Positions 29,738-40,753 are shown, counted from the stretch's first letter. The stretch: DNA of 64,000 bases from Caldisericia bacterium (GCA_963674785.1 OY771555.1:256001-320000), one strand, 5' to 3'. A program made the numbers and translations. The notes: a model not told the origin generated them from the letters alone.

Positions 29738-30486
29738 TGACAAAGAAAAACCGGATGTATGATGAGTTTGCTCATCTTTGGACTATCATCTCAAAACCTG
29801 AAGACTATGCAGAAGAAGCGAACTACTGGAAAGATGCAATTACAAAAAGACTTGGCGATAAAAGACATAAGATATTGGAGATTGGTGTTGGGGGTGGAAA
29901 TAATCTCTCACACCTCTCACCATTTTATGAGACAACCGCTGTCGATTTGTCAGAAAAGATGATGGAGAACTCCAAAAAGATCAACCCAAATACCAGACAT
30001 CTTGTTGGAGATATGAGAGACTTCAGACTTGATGAAAAATTTGATGCTGTTTTCATCCATGATGCGATCAGCTACATGACAACACTAACCGATCTCAAAA
30101 AAGCATTCATCACTGCATGGGAACACTTAAGACCTGGAGGGGTTTTTATATCTTCACCAGATTTTCACAAAGAAACATTTAAAGAAACTAGACCGATACT
30201 TTCAAGCACAAAATCAAATGGCAACTTTGAGCTCACATACTGCGAGTATTTCAATGACCCAGATCCAAATGATACAACTTTCGAATGCCATTACGCTTAT
30301 TTCATCAAGGATCTGAAGACCAAAAAAGTTGATGTTGAAATTGATCACCATACCTGTGGATTGTTTTATGAAAAAGAATGGATAACAACCCTTGAAAGTG
30401 TCGGGTTCAAGTTCGAGCTTGATGATTATCCAGTTCATGAAAATGGATATGAATCATGGTTGTTTGTAGGAATAAAACCGGAGTAA
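29734..30486 (+). CDS. Class I SAM-dependent methyltransferase
   Basis: ILEIGVGGG, VDLSEKM, GDMRD, HLRPGG. Confidence 0.9.
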   Translation: MMTKKNRMYDEFAHLWTIISKPEDYAEEANYWKDAITKRLGDKRHKILEIGVGGGNNLSHLSPFYETTAVDLSEKMMENSKKINPNTRHLVGDMRDFRLDEKFDAVFIHDAISYMTTLTDLKKAFITAWEHLRPGGVFISSPDFHKETFKETRPILSSTKSNGNFELTYCEYFNDPDPNDTTFECHYAYFIKDLKTKKVDVEIDHHTCGLFYEKEWITTLESVGFKFELDDYPVHENGYESWLFVGIKPE

Positions 30487-30490
30487 GAAT

Positions 30491-30871
30491 TTATGACAAT
30501 TTCTCAAGCTCCATTTCAAGGAGCTTGAGTTTTTCTCTTTCTTTTGTTAGTTCGTCTGTCAATTCGGCTGGATTACCATATTCATTTATAACAGAAATCT
30601 TATAGATACAAGCCTCAACATATCTTGCAATTGAGATCTTTTTCTCATTTACGGTCTGTCCTTCAAGCTTGAATTCAATCCACTCGTGTGGTTCAAGCAG
30701 TTTTTCGTATTCTTTTTTGAGTTTGCCAAGCTCGATCTTTATATTGCACATGTCGGTTGTATCGCCCACAAAACCTCTGTCTATTGCAAAAGTTAGGTCA
30801 GAGTACTTTTTTTCGAGCTCTTCAATTTTTTGTTTTAGGGTTCGTTTGTTTGACATATTTTGATTGATCAA
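30491..30871 (-). CDS. Hypothetical coiled-coil protein
   Basis: ORF directly downstream of the Bro-N gene on the same strand. Confidence 0.55.
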   Translation of the reverse strand: MINQNMSNKRTLKQKIEELEKKYSDLTFAIDRGFVGDTTDMCNIKIELGKLKKEYEKLLEPHEWIEFKLEGQTVNEKKISIARYVEACIYKISVINEYGNPAELTDELTKEREKLKLLEMELEKLS

Positions 30872-30872
30872 A

Positions 30873-31703
30873 TTATTCTATTTTCTTCTTGTCATCATTT
30901 AGATTCTTGAAGTTTTGATTAGTAGACACAGGTTTACCAATTCTTTTTTCAGCATCTTTTCTTGCGTTTCCAGCGACTGCTCCGCCTTCCTTGGCTGCTA
31001 TTTTACAATCATTAAACCCTTTTGAATCCTTGTTTCTTGTTATTTCAGTCGATACTCTTTCACCAAGCATGGAAAAGATCAACTCCAAATCATTCATATG
31101 ATCTCTGAGATTTTCCCTTTCCAATCCTTTAAATTCTTTATATTCACTTGGCGTCATACCAAATGTCTCTTTTGATATCTCTGCAGTCAAGATCGAATAC
31201 TCTCTACTTGACTTAACGCCTCTCTTGCTCCATTCATCAGTCAATTCATCCCTTATTGCTATCCCTCTTACTCTTTTTTCGATCCAATCGTCAGAATAAC
31301 CTTTTGCTTTATATATCTCTTTCATCCTCTTCTGAGCAAGTTCAGGGTCTTCAATCTCTTGGATTCTCTCATTTCCAACTTTTGCAAGCCACTGCTTGAA
31401 TGGTTCAGCTTTTTTGGAGGGGATTGATTGAATGATTCTAAAGAGAGATTTAGTGTTTGCACAATCCGTAAGCCTCAGTTTGCCATCGGAAGCAGGCAAT
31501 TTCAAACGTACACAATTTGTGTACAGTTCAACTCCAACCTTTTCTTCTCTCTTTTTTAGCATAGACCAATAATTTCTTGGATTACTACTATCAGTTAATG
31601 CCTGAATTACATCAACAACAGAGAAGAACCACTCACCCTCATGAATGATTCTTCTTATTTTTTTGCTTTTAAAAACTACAAGAGAATTTTCATCAATAGC
31701 CAT
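30873..31703 (-). CDS. Bro-N domain protein (antirepressor-like)
   Basis: EWFFSVVDVI, RIIQSIPSKKAEPFKQWLA, ENLRDHMNDLELIF. Confidence 0.88.
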   Translation of the reverse strand: MAIDENSLVVFKSKKIRRIIHEGEWFFSVVDVIQALTDSSNPRNYWSMLKKREEKVGVELYTNCVRLKLPASDGKLRLTDCANTKSLFRIIQSIPSKKAEPFKQWLAKVGNERIQEIEDPELAQKRMKEIYKAKGYSDDWIEKRVRGIAIRDELTDEWSKRGVKSSREYSILTAEISKETFGMTPSEYKEFKGLERENLRDHMNDLELIFSMLGERVSTEITRNKDSKGFNDCKIAAKEGGAVAGNARKDAEKRIGKPVSTNQNFKNLNDDKKKIE

Positions 31704-31723
31704 CTACTTCTCCAAATAAAACC

Positions 31724-32278
31724 CTACTCAACAACCACCTTCATCTCAAACTCTTCCATCACATCAGCATCATCGCCAACATGGGTTTGTTTTGTGTAGA
31801 CTTTTGTCTCACCCGGGGATTTTGCAAGGATCTCATAAACACGATGTCCACCAACACCCATCATCATCTCGGGGTTTTCATCGGTGACATATTCATCCCA
31901 ATCAAGTGCCACAACTGAATCATCCTCGATAACAAGCTCTGTCCAATGATATGGTGTGGTCTGGTTTGCAGGAAGAACTATGAGCATTCTGAATTTCTCA
32001 TTCAACTTCAATGTTGTGCCATTTGAAAGCTGGTCAACATAATTTGTTTCATATCCTGCTCCATCGCTTTTCATACCCTCAGAAACTGCATCACGGATTC
32101 CTGAATAGGGGTCTTTTGTCATCGGGACCATCATTGTTTTGACTATAGCCATTTCACCATTCACCTTTTCATTGTTATCATCTGGTTCTGTCACATCACC
32201 GGTGCTTGATCCTCCGCACCCGGCAAGAAGTCCAAAACAAAGAAACCCAACCAATCCAATAATTGCCAACTTTTTCAT
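31724..32278 (-). CDS. Lipoprotein with chagasin-like protease inhibitor I42 domain
   Basis: Lipobox LAGC; NQTTPYHW (NPTTGY.W-like) and MMGVGG loops. Confidence 0.75.
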   Translation of the reverse strand: MKKLAIIGLVGFLCFGLLAGCGGSSTGDVTEPDDNNEKVNGEMAIVKTMMVPMTKDPYSGIRDAVSEGMKSDGAGYETNYVDQLSNGTTLKLNEKFRMLIVLPANQTTPYHWTELVIEDDSVVALDWDEYVTDENPEMMMGVGGHRVYEILAKSPGETKVYTKQTHVGDDADVMEEFEMKVVVE

Positions 32279-32296
32279 CTACACTCTCCTTTTTTT

Positions 32297-35200
32297 TTAT
32301 TCTCCATCTTCTTCAGTAATTTTTTCAAGAACTGTTATCACATGTGAGTTCAAAACATTGTGTTTGATCTCCGCACCTTTTGAATCTAGAAGCCTGATCT
32401 TTGAAAAATCAATAACTGTATCCCCGTGTGAAATTGCTTTGAATGTTAATTTTAATAACGACCCATTGTTTTTGATGACAGAGTTATTTCCAATCAGAAC
32501 GGGGCCAATTATTTTCACCTCATTTTGACTGGATTTGTGCCAGGAAAAAATAGTATTTTTCGCATCAGCAAAAATGGTACCCTTTTTTATTTGAGTAACC
32601 TCAAGTTCTTTAGATTGATATATCAATTCTGTTTCTACGGCAGAAAGGTCAAATACATCGGAGATATTCAAAATGACATCGAACCTGTCTCCCGTGAATA
32701 CATCTGTTGGGGCATCCATTAGGATTTCTGTATTACCCAGTTCTACCCCTGTCGCAACCACATTGATTGGTAGTCTAAATTGCCAGGTATTGAAATCCTC
32801 GGCATAAATAACAATTTCGCTTTTCAGTTCATCCCCAGGCGTCACCCACCCATCTGTTTTCACAGACACCATGTAGGTAAGCTTTTCACCTGGCATTATT
32901 TTTGGAGTAAGAAGAGAGGTTTTCTCATCCCTGGCGGTTTTTACATATACTCCGTCAAATCCAACTGGGACACCATCCGGGCATTCAATCTGGAATGATT
33001 GTGCCACCCCAAGCTTATTTTCTATCTCAATATCAAAGAGGATTTCTGTTGTCTCATTTATGTTTATCTCTCCAGAAAATGAGGTTGGATGGACAAGTTC
33101 TGATAGCTTTTCCTTCTGTTCTGAAAGCTCTGCATGAACTTCCATATCTTGCCCGGCTAAACAGACAATCTCTTTTGTAAAAGATGGATAACCATTCAAA
33201 ACTACCTTCATCGTGTGAAGCCCAGGGGAGGTATCAAATTCACACGGTGTTTTATCAATTGCTAATCCATCAACATAAACATATGCCTCTTCAGGGTCAC
33301 TTGTTACCTTCATGGTTGTTGTTGTTGGAATTATTCTCTCAAGAAAGTAAAGAACCCTTGCGGTTTCACCATCAGGAGTTGGAAGATCGAGAATCGTGCT
33401 GTATGGTTTATATCCCTCCTTCTCGACCTCAATCATGTATCGACCCGACTGCATATGTTCGAGTGTAAGTGGAGAAATACCCATATTCTGATAATTAAGT
33501 TTTATCTCAGCACCACTTGGAATGCCCTCAAAAATTATCTTTTCTCTTCCCCAAACTGGTGTATCAAAAATAAGAAGAATTGATCTTGATTCTGAAAACC
33601 AATCAATATGTGCCCCAAAAGCCTCGGCCACCAATCTGAGAGGAATAAATGTCTGTCCATTTTTAATAACGGCGGGTTTTGTAACCTCTCTTGTTTGATT
33701 TCCGATTGTACAATATTCCTTACCGATACCTATTTCAAAATGATAATCCTGATAGTCAATTATAGCGGTCATTGATTCAGAATTCCATGTAAAGTCGCAA
33801 GGCAGAAGATCAATTATAAACCTTAGAGGAACCATTGTGGTTCCATCCTCTGAATATGGTGAAACCTTCAGCTCAGTCTTTTCTATCCCTATCCAAGCTG
33901 ATTTCCTATCAAGCCCAAGTCTGGCTAGCAATTGATTTGGATTGTTCAGAGTCATGATTATGGGAACATCGAGATTTCCAGCATTTGAAGATTTAAGCTG
34001 TAACATCCTCTCATATGTAAAACCCTTCGAAAGGTTTTTTATGTTCGCAGAGACTAGTAAATCAGTTAAGTTTGTGAATTCATTTTTTGTGTCCCCTGAA
34101 AGTGAAAATGGATTTACGCCTTGTCTACCAATTATTTCGGCATTCCCAGAAAGCCTTGTTCCTGCAGAATTTTTAATGTCGAGTTTTACAACCGTATTCT
34201 CATCGACAATTCCAAAGTCACACACAGGTGGGTCAAGAACCAGTTTCGATTTTTTCGGAGCAGGGGGATTATCAATTCCAATGAAATAGACCTGACCGGT
34301 TGACGTAATGTCAGTTTCTGATAGGGCAAGATAGCCAAATGGCAAAACAGAAACTGCACCCCTTGGTGGACTGAATGAGTTTTTGTTATTCAGATCACTT
34401 GTTGCAGGAAAGTTTGCATCATCTGACCTCATCAGCTCAAATGATTCTCCACCAATTGTAAACTCAATTCCAAAACCTTTTTCATCCTTGTAAAAAGAGT
34501 AGAGTCCATCCGGAGATACACTGATGCTTTTATGGTCGAGGTACGCAACAATTTCACTGGTGTTTGCATCAAGAGTTAATGCTCCAGTGTGGTCAATGCC
34601 GTGGTCATTTAGGACAAGATATTTTCCGTCATCCGTCACGTAATCAACAGAATAAGCATTGCTTGTAGAGACTGTACTGTTATAGTTTAGTTCTGGTTTT
34701 GCAAACAACTTCATTCCAGAACCGTTAAACTCGCAGGAGTATATGCCATGTTTTCCACTTGTTCCACGTTCGGCTTTGAAAAAAATCTTTCCGGTTCTTG
34801 AACTCATCCCGACAGGGGAGATAAGTTTTCCAATATCATTTTCACCGTAATAGAATTTTTCTCCATCCCACTTTGGTCTTGCAAGCAATTGAAAACCATT
34901 TCCCTCTGTACTCATCGTAACAAGCCCAATACAGCTTCCCGATAGCTCTGGAGTAATTACATCTCCCCTTACAACACCAAAAAATCTGTCTCCGGTAAGT
35001 GAAAGTTGAAACCACAAAAGACTCCATCTGACACTAACTCCATCAACTGTCGTATCAGGGATTACAAAGAATCTTGCCCCGCCACCAGAAACATGAATAC
35101 TGAGAAGATAGTGCTTCCCTCCAGAAGTAGCTGTCATAAATACCCAATCGCCATAACTCGGAAGTCTTGGTTCGGATGTAACCTTGACAACTCCAGGGGC

Positions 35201-35476
35201 GTTCGATGGTCCTTTTAAAACTCCAGGGGAATAGATATTTGTGAGCTTTTTGACCTGCAGAGTCTGTGGGTCAAGTCTGAGTGCAACTAGTTGACCAGCA
35301 TCTCCCTCAACAACCAAATTTCTAAGCCCCGCAGTAACAGTCGCAGACTTTTTCTCCATATTCCAGGCAGTAAGCCTTTTAACAGAAGTAGAAACCGCTG
35401 ACACATTCCCTGTCATAGGAAAAAGAAGAGAAAAAATTAGCAAAAAAATAACCACATTTTTAAGTACTCTCATCAA
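32297..35476 (-). CDS. Secreted protein with stalk domain, PEGA domains and C-terminal cohesin-like domain
   Basis: GTTMVPLRFI and GQTFIPLRLVAE; SDPEEAYVYVDG..KTP PEGA; C-terminal GDRFDVILNI...LLKLTFKAI...IRLLDSKG. Confidence 0.75.
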   Translation of the reverse strand: MMRVLKNVVIFLLIFSLLFPMTGNVSAVSTSVKRLTAWNMEKKSATVTAGLRNLVVEGDAGQLVALRLDPQTLQVKKLTNIYSPGVLKGPSNAPGVVKVTSEPRLPSYGDWVFMTATSGGKHYLLSIHVSGGGARFFVIPDTTVDGVSVRWSLLWFQLSLTGDRFFGVVRGDVITPELSGSCIGLVTMSTEGNGFQLLARPKWDGEKFYYGENDIGKLISPVGMSSRTGKIFFKAERGTSGKHGIYSCEFNGSGMKLFAKPELNYNSTVSTSNAYSVDYVTDDGKYLVLNDHGIDHTGALTLDANTSEIVAYLDHKSISVSPDGLYSFYKDEKGFGIEFTIGGESFELMRSDDANFPATSDLNNKNSFSPPRGAVSVLPFGYLALSETDITSTGQVYFIGIDNPPAPKKSKLVLDPPVCDFGIVDENTVVKLDIKNSAGTRLSGNAEIIGRQGVNPFSLSGDTKNEFTNLTDLLVSANIKNLSKGFTYERMLQLKSSNAGNLDVPIIMTLNNPNQLLARLGLDRKSAWIGIEKTELKVSPYSEDGTTMVPLRFIIDLLPCDFTWNSESMTAIIDYQDYHFEIGIGKEYCTIGNQTREVTKPAVIKNGQTFIPLRLVAEAFGAHIDWFSESRSILLIFDTPVWGREKIIFEGIPSGAEIKLNYQNMGISPLTLEHMQSGRYMIEVEKEGYKPYSTILDLPTPDGETARVLYFLERIIPTTTTMKVTSDPEEAYVYVDGLAIDKTPCEFDTSPGLHTMKVVLNGYPSFTKEIVCLAGQDMEVHAELSEQKEKLSELVHPTSFSGEININETTEILFDIEIENKLGVAQSFQIECPDGVPVGFDGVYVKTARDEKTSLLTPKIMPGEKLTYMVSVKTDGWVTPGDELKSEIVIYAEDFNTWQFRLPINVVATGVELGNTEILMDAPTDVFTGDRFDVILNISDVFDLSAVETELIYQSKELEVTQIKKGTIFADAKNTIFSWHKSSQNEVKIIGPVLIGNNSVIKNNGSLLKLTFKAISHGDTVIDFSKIRLLDSKGAEIKHNVLNSHVITVLEKITEEDGE

Positions 35477-35582
35477 CAGCTCATTTTATCAAAAAACTCC
35501 TACCCTTCAAGTGATGAAAACGATTTTCTGACTTGAAAAAATGAAACCACGGCATAACTTGTAGGAGATATTAAAGGAGATA

Positions 35583-38483
35583 ATGATGAGCAATTTTCAA
35601 AAAAAGTTGATTATTTCAGTTATAGTAACCTCACTTGTATGTATGCCAATCCTTTCAGGATGTGGAAAACCCAAAGAGACTTCAGACTCACATTATAGTA
35701 CCTCAAACAATGACCCCACTCCAAAAATTGGTAAGGTATTATCTGAAAGTTTAATAACTGAAGAGAATTTGACTCATTTCGACTCCGACACTGGCATAAG
35801 CGTTTCAATATCACCACTTTGCCTGGATGATGAAGATGCAGAATTTTCGATAAGAGAAGTTTCAATTGAAAACTCTGATGAAGCTTCATGGGAAGTCTAT
35901 GATTTCAGTCTCGATGCAAATCAACCATTTGAGGGAATCATAAAGATTGAGATTCCATATTCAAGTAGCGAGGTTATCGATGGACTCAAGCCACAGGATT
36001 GTTTGAGCGGGGTTTGCTACAATGAAGAAGACGGGAAATGGGAGGAATTACCAACCAGTTTCGATACAAGCAAAAAAACAATGACAATATCAACAACACA
36101 CTTGACTGTGGTCGGAAAAAAGAGCTTTGATCCAAGAAAAATAAGTGATGGTGTTGAAAGTGGTACAACAGACATTGGTTACAAAGACTACAAAGAATTT
36201 GACCCAAACGCCCCAGACTTCCCTCCATTTTTCACAATGAATCAGGGAACTCCAGATGAATATATTACCCACTTCGATAACAATTATATTTTTGACAATT
36301 TCATGGACTACTTCGACCCAGTGATATTTAGAAACATTGAAAAGATGACATCTAAAGAGCAGGAAGATACTTTCTACAATAGCACTCTTTCATTTTTATC
36401 GGGACTTGCAGGAAGCTCTGAACATGGAACGGCTGCAGCAAAGGTTGCCCCAGATCTCATAAAGGGAGTGACATCCTCAAACTGGAGAAAACTTCATGGG
36501 TCACTTGGTCACATTGGTGCAGTGCTTTCAGTTTTACAACTTGCAAGTGATGCTTCCGAGGGAACCAATAATGATAAGGCAATCTTCACATTCATAAAAA
36601 ACATGGTCTATTATCAGGGAGCAACTGCTGCAACCTTTGTATTCGGTGAAGCTGCACTTCCAGCAGCACTTGTTTTCCTTGCGGGTTGTTATCTTTTCGA
36701 GTGGAACATAAGTTCATTTGAGGATTTGATTTTTGGTGAGATGAGTTCTGAAAATGAGTTTCTCCATAAACGTTTTATGAATACCTACGATAACTTCTAC
36801 AAAAGATACAAAACAACAGAAACACCTGGCGGAAAGAGACATTTTTATGAGTGGGGTAAAAAAATTGATCAGATTTCAGAGGAAGCTCTCAAACAGGCAA
36901 CTTTCCAAAATGATTATACAAAATGTTTCCAGAACCTTCTGATTGAAGAGATTGACAAATACAACTTAGAGTTCTTTGAACTTGATGATAACACAATTGA
37001 GAATTTCCTGACAAAGGGTGACATCGGTGCAGTCTATGGTTCAAGAGTCAGACCTCACATCCCTGATGGTGTCAGTATCTATGCAGGTGCAAAAAATGAA
37101 ATAGGGCTTACTCCGTATTATCTCAAAGGTGAGAACATCCCAGATGATTTGAATGATAATTGGGAAAAGATACTTGCTGCCATGAGACAAAACAATAGTG
37201 ATCCCGAATATTTTCCATATGAATTAAAAGAACTTGGCAGTGAAAAAAATAAAACCTTTGCATTCTATTATATTTCCGAACTTCGAGATCAAACAAATAT
37301 CAAAACTGGATTCATGAAACAATTCTTGAAAATCAAACGTGGTGATGTTATTGAAGAAATAATCAATCCAATCCTCGAACACAAACGCGAAAGGTTTGAG
37401 ACTGAGACCAAAATAAAAGCCATAAAGAGATTTTCTGAACTCAAAGATTACTACAACAGAAGACCAACCTTTGTGGTATCTGACCCGAATGCGGAGGATG
37501 TAAAATCAAAATATGCCGGATGTGTCCTTGTTCCAAAATTTCCAGAACCAAAAACCGCAAAAAACATTGAAGACTGGTTTATCACACTTGACAAAAACGG
37601 TTCAGGTGAGATGAAAATGAATCTTGTTGCATATTTTCAGCAACTTTTATTTGATGAATTCAATATCTTTGATGGGAAAGATAGGGAAAAAATCATTAAA
37701 GGTGAAGCAAAACCAATTGGTTCGGTATCATTTATCTGTGATGACTACAATCCAACCATTGAGGTTTTGCTTCCTTCAACCGATTCACTTGAGGGACAGT
37801 ACGAAGAAAAAATAGATTTTGCGGAAGAAGTCAGATATAATCAGACCAAGATGTTTGCCATAGCCAGAAGCATGGGGGATCAGTTAACCGCAACAAACAC
37901 AAAAGCTGAAGATTTGATAGTGAAACTTGATGTAGATAAAACAAATAGCCTGAATGTAAGTTTTGATGTTTCAGTTACCCTCTACGGCCCAAGTGAGGAT
38001 GGAAGTTTTGAAGGATACTGGTATCTGAAATCAAATGTTAATAGCGAAAGCTACAAAATCACTGGAACCAAAGTCGATATATTAATCCCCACAAACATGA
38101 ATATTTCTGAGCAAAGGATTTATGGCGACGGAAAAAACGAGACAACTGATCTAGGAACGGCACCAACAACATTCAAAATTGTCGGAGAGTTTGAATTTGA
38201 TAACTCTATCAAGGATTACGTTTTTATCGGGAAAATGCTGATTCCAGAAAGCTTTTACTTCTTTAATGAGAAATATGGGGAATATCATGAAGTTGAATTG
38301 ATTCTTACAAAAAACGGAACAAAAACAAGCAGACAGAGAAAAAAACTGGACTTTGAGGAATTCAATGACCCAAAATACAATCTGATTGATACCAAAGATG
38401 ATGACAAATTGCCAACAGGTTCAAACCCAATGATTCCAAAAGGAGGAGCCAATCCATTTGGAGGACAGCCGATAACTCCATGA
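35583..38483 (+). CDS. Large lipoprotein of unknown function
   Basis: Lipobox LSGC; AAGGAG RBS; 966-aa ORF. Confidence 0.75.
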   Translation: MMSNFQKKLIISVIVTSLVCMPILSGCGKPKETSDSHYSTSNNDPTPKIGKVLSESLITEENLTHFDSDTGISVSISPLCLDDEDAEFSIREVSIENSDEASWEVYDFSLDANQPFEGIIKIEIPYSSSEVIDGLKPQDCLSGVCYNEEDGKWEELPTSFDTSKKTMTISTTHLTVVGKKSFDPRKISDGVESGTTDIGYKDYKEFDPNAPDFPPFFTMNQGTPDEYITHFDNNYIFDNFMDYFDPVIFRNIEKMTSKEQEDTFYNSTLSFLSGLAGSSEHGTAAAKVAPDLIKGVTSSNWRKLHGSLGHIGAVLSVLQLASDASEGTNNDKAIFTFIKNMVYYQGATAATFVFGEAALPAALVFLAGCYLFEWNISSFEDLIFGEMSSENEFLHKRFMNTYDNFYKRYKTTETPGGKRHFYEWGKKIDQISEEALKQATFQNDYTKCFQNLLIEEIDKYNLEFFELDDNTIENFLTKGDIGAVYGSRVRPHIPDGVSIYAGAKNEIGLTPYYLKGENIPDDLNDNWEKILAAMRQNNSDPEYFPYELKELGSEKNKTFAFYYISELRDQTNIKTGFMKQFLKIKRGDVIEEIINPILEHKRERFETETKIKAIKRFSELKDYYNRRPTFVVSDPNAEDVKSKYAGCVLVPKFPEPKTAKNIEDWFITLDKNGSGEMKMNLVAYFQQLLFDEFNIFDGKDREKIIKGEAKPIGSVSFICDDYNPTIEVLLPSTDSLEGQYEEKIDFAEEVRYNQTKMFAIARSMGDQLTATNTKAEDLIVKLDVDKTNSLNVSFDVSVTLYGPSEDGSFEGYWYLKSNVNSESYKITGTKVDILIPTNMNISEQRIYGDGKNETTDLGTAPTTFKIVGEFEFDNSIKDYVFIGKMLIPESFYFFNEKYGEYHEVELILTKNGTKTSRQRKKLDFEEFNDPKYNLIDTKDDDKLPTGSNPMIPKGGANPFGGQPITP

Positions 38484-38525
38484 TAAACAGATTGAGTTTT
38501 TTCAGAATTTGAGTACAATTCCGCT

Positions 38526-40694
38526 ATGATGTTTCGACGGTTCATAAAGGTGGTTCTTGCGGTCATTCTCATTTTTGTTTCATTCCAATTCTATTCCCCT
38601 GCTCCAAAACAAGCTGAGGCTGCAGGTTGGACACTTGGCAATAGAGAAGTTCCCGGTCCACTTCCACCCTATCCATGGGCATCTTGGATGCCACTTGATG
38701 TGCAACGCAACATCAATTATGGAATATACAACGGTTCCAACCAGCTTCTGGATTTTGCAAAACCTACACTTTGCCGTGACCAGAAGGTTCCACTTGTAAT
38801 ATTTGTTCATGGTGGATGGTGGGTTGGTGGAAGCAAAGGAAACTATATCTACCACACCATTGCAAAAATGTTCTACCAGCTTGGTTTTGCTTTTGCATCA
38901 ATTGACTACAGACTCTCAAGGGTTGCAGATCATCCCGAAACAATAAATGACTGCAAACTTGCTGTCAGGTATTTTAGGGCAAATGCCGACCTTTATGTGA
39001 TTGATCCAGATAAAATCGGTATCTGGGGGAGCTCTGCAGGAGGCCACCTTGTGTCTCTCATGGGAACAGCAAGCGATGAAGATGGGATGGAGGGGCCAGG
39101 ACTCACAGAATTCTCATCCAGACCACAGGCTGTTGTTGATTATTGCGGTATAACAGATTTGACTAACCCATGGAGCAACACAGCAATCTATATGATGAAT
39201 TTGTTTCTGGGTTGCCATCCTTTGAATGAATGTCCTGAAAAAGCTGCTGAGGCATCACCAGTTCATCAAGCATCTCCTGATGATCCACCAATTATGATAA
39301 TGCACGGAAATCTCGATCCCACCGTGGCCTACTCTCAAGCCCAAGCATTCTCGAGAGCATTACACGCAGCCTCAAACAAGGGAGCATTCATCGAAGTCAC
39401 AAACGGCAATCACGGATTTGGTGGAGTGGATGTGAGTCCCGGATGGTATGACAGAAACTTTTTGACAATAGCCCACCTTGCACGTCACATCGAACCAGGA
39501 CTTCTGTGTGACCTTAACATGGATGGGTCAGTTGATAATACAGATGGAGATATGCTGTATGCAAGGCTTGGTGAGGTTGGGTTGCCTGCAGATGCTATTC
39601 CTGCTCCAGATACATGGAATCCTCTTGCTGATATCTATCTTGATGGGGTGATTGACTATAGGGATTTGCAGGAGTTTTGTATTGGTGTTGACCCACTCAT
39701 CCACATTAAAAAAGAACTGGTTGAGGAAAAAGGTAAAAAGAAGACATTCAGGATAACAGTCAGTAATAATGGGCCACTTGATGTTACAGGTCTTGTCATA
39801 ACAGATGAACTTCCTGATAAAATGGATTTCTTCAGCTCATCTGTTCCAGGTAGTTTGGCAGGGAATATCTTTACCATTAATGTTGATGTGTTATCAGCTT
39901 ATTCTGATTTTGTGATGTATATCACTGTAAAGCTTCCAAGTAGTCTTTCTGTTCCAAAAAATGGACTCACATTTACAAACAAAGTTTCCATGGTGTCTGA
40001 TAATACATTTGAGATAAACGCTGAAGCATCATGCAAGTTGGCTAGCTTGAGTATTGCTCAGACTGCGGATAAATATTCTGTTTATGCTGGGGATTTGATT
40101 AAGTATAGGGTTTATGTGAAAAACCAATCAGAAAAAGCTGTAAATGATTGTGAACTTACATACACATTTCCAAGAGAGCTTGAGTTTGTGACATCCAATC
40201 CAAAGGTTACTTTTGGTGCAGGAAGTGTGACAGTGCCTGCAGGTACTATTAATCCGGGACAGAGTAGTTATTTTGAGTTTGTGTTCAGAGCAAGAGATAT
40301 TGGCGTTTCTGGGGATGGAACAGCCATGAGCAACACTGCAACAATATTTGGTGAAGAGATTAATCCACTCTCGGCCACATCCACAGCCGTCTATAAAGAA
40401 AAAATGGTCAGTAGAGAATTACTTGTTGATATTTCCTGGAATGGAATAGATACAAAGAATAGTTCATGTTCAGTCGGAGATGAAATTGAACTCTTGTTTG
40501 ATATTTCTGGTGGATCGGCTCCATACCAAATAAAGATCGACTGGGGGGATGGGGAGAGGTCATTTATGAGTACTGATGATACAGTGGTGTTATCTCATGT
40601 TTGGGGTGAGGCTGGGGAGTATGAGGTTATGGTTGCTGTTGCAGATGCTTATGGGAAAATGAAGTTTTCGAACAGAAAAATCATGGTCAAATAA
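38526..40694 (+). CDS. Secreted alpha/beta esterase with dockerin-like, two DUF11 and PKD domains
   Basis: HGGWW, GSSAGGH, HGNLD, NHGF; DLNMDGSVD..D / ADIYLDGVIDYRD pair; ITDELP DUF11; IDWGDG PKD. Confidence 0.8.
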   Translation: MMFRRFIKVVLAVILIFVSFQFYSPAPKQAEAAGWTLGNREVPGPLPPYPWASWMPLDVQRNINYGIYNGSNQLLDFAKPTLCRDQKVPLVIFVHGGWWVGGSKGNYIYHTIAKMFYQLGFAFASIDYRLSRVADHPETINDCKLAVRYFRANADLYVIDPDKIGIWGSSAGGHLVSLMGTASDEDGMEGPGLTEFSSRPQAVVDYCGITDLTNPWSNTAIYMMNLFLGCHPLNECPEKAAEASPVHQASPDDPPIMIMHGNLDPTVAYSQAQAFSRALHAASNKGAFIEVTNGNHGFGGVDVSPGWYDRNFLTIAHLARHIEPGLLCDLNMDGSVDNTDGDMLYARLGEVGLPADAIPAPDTWNPLADIYLDGVIDYRDLQEFCIGVDPLIHIKKELVEEKGKKKTFRITVSNNGPLDVTGLVITDELPDKMDFFSSSVPGSLAGNIFTINVDVLSAYSDFVMYITVKLPSSLSVPKNGLTFTNKVSMVSDNTFEINAEASCKLASLSIAQTADKYSVYAGDLIKYRVYVKNQSEKAVNDCELTYTFPRELEFVTSNPKVTFGAGSVTVPAGTINPGQSSYFEFVFRARDIGVSGDGTAMSNTATIFGEEINPLSATSTAVYKEKMVSRELLVDISWNGIDTKNSSCSVGDEIELLFDISGGSAPYQIKIDWGDGERSFMSTDDTVVLSHVWGEAGEYEVMVAVADAYGKMKFSNRKIMVK

Positions 40695-40703
40695 ATAAAG
40701 CCA

Positions 40704-40753
40704 GTCATTCCGGGCTCTTCCCCATGTCATTCCCGGCTACGACCGGGAATCTG
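40704..40753 (+). repeat. CGTC-type palindromic repeat (one partial plus one full copy)
   Basis: TGTC-ATTCCCGG-CTACGA-CCGGGAAT-CTG at 40725, preceded by partial GTCATTCCGGG. Confidence 0.7.

Noticed and set aside
30491-31703. Prophage around the Bro-N gene
   Set aside because: No integrase, structural or replication genes nearby; at most a two-gene remnant.
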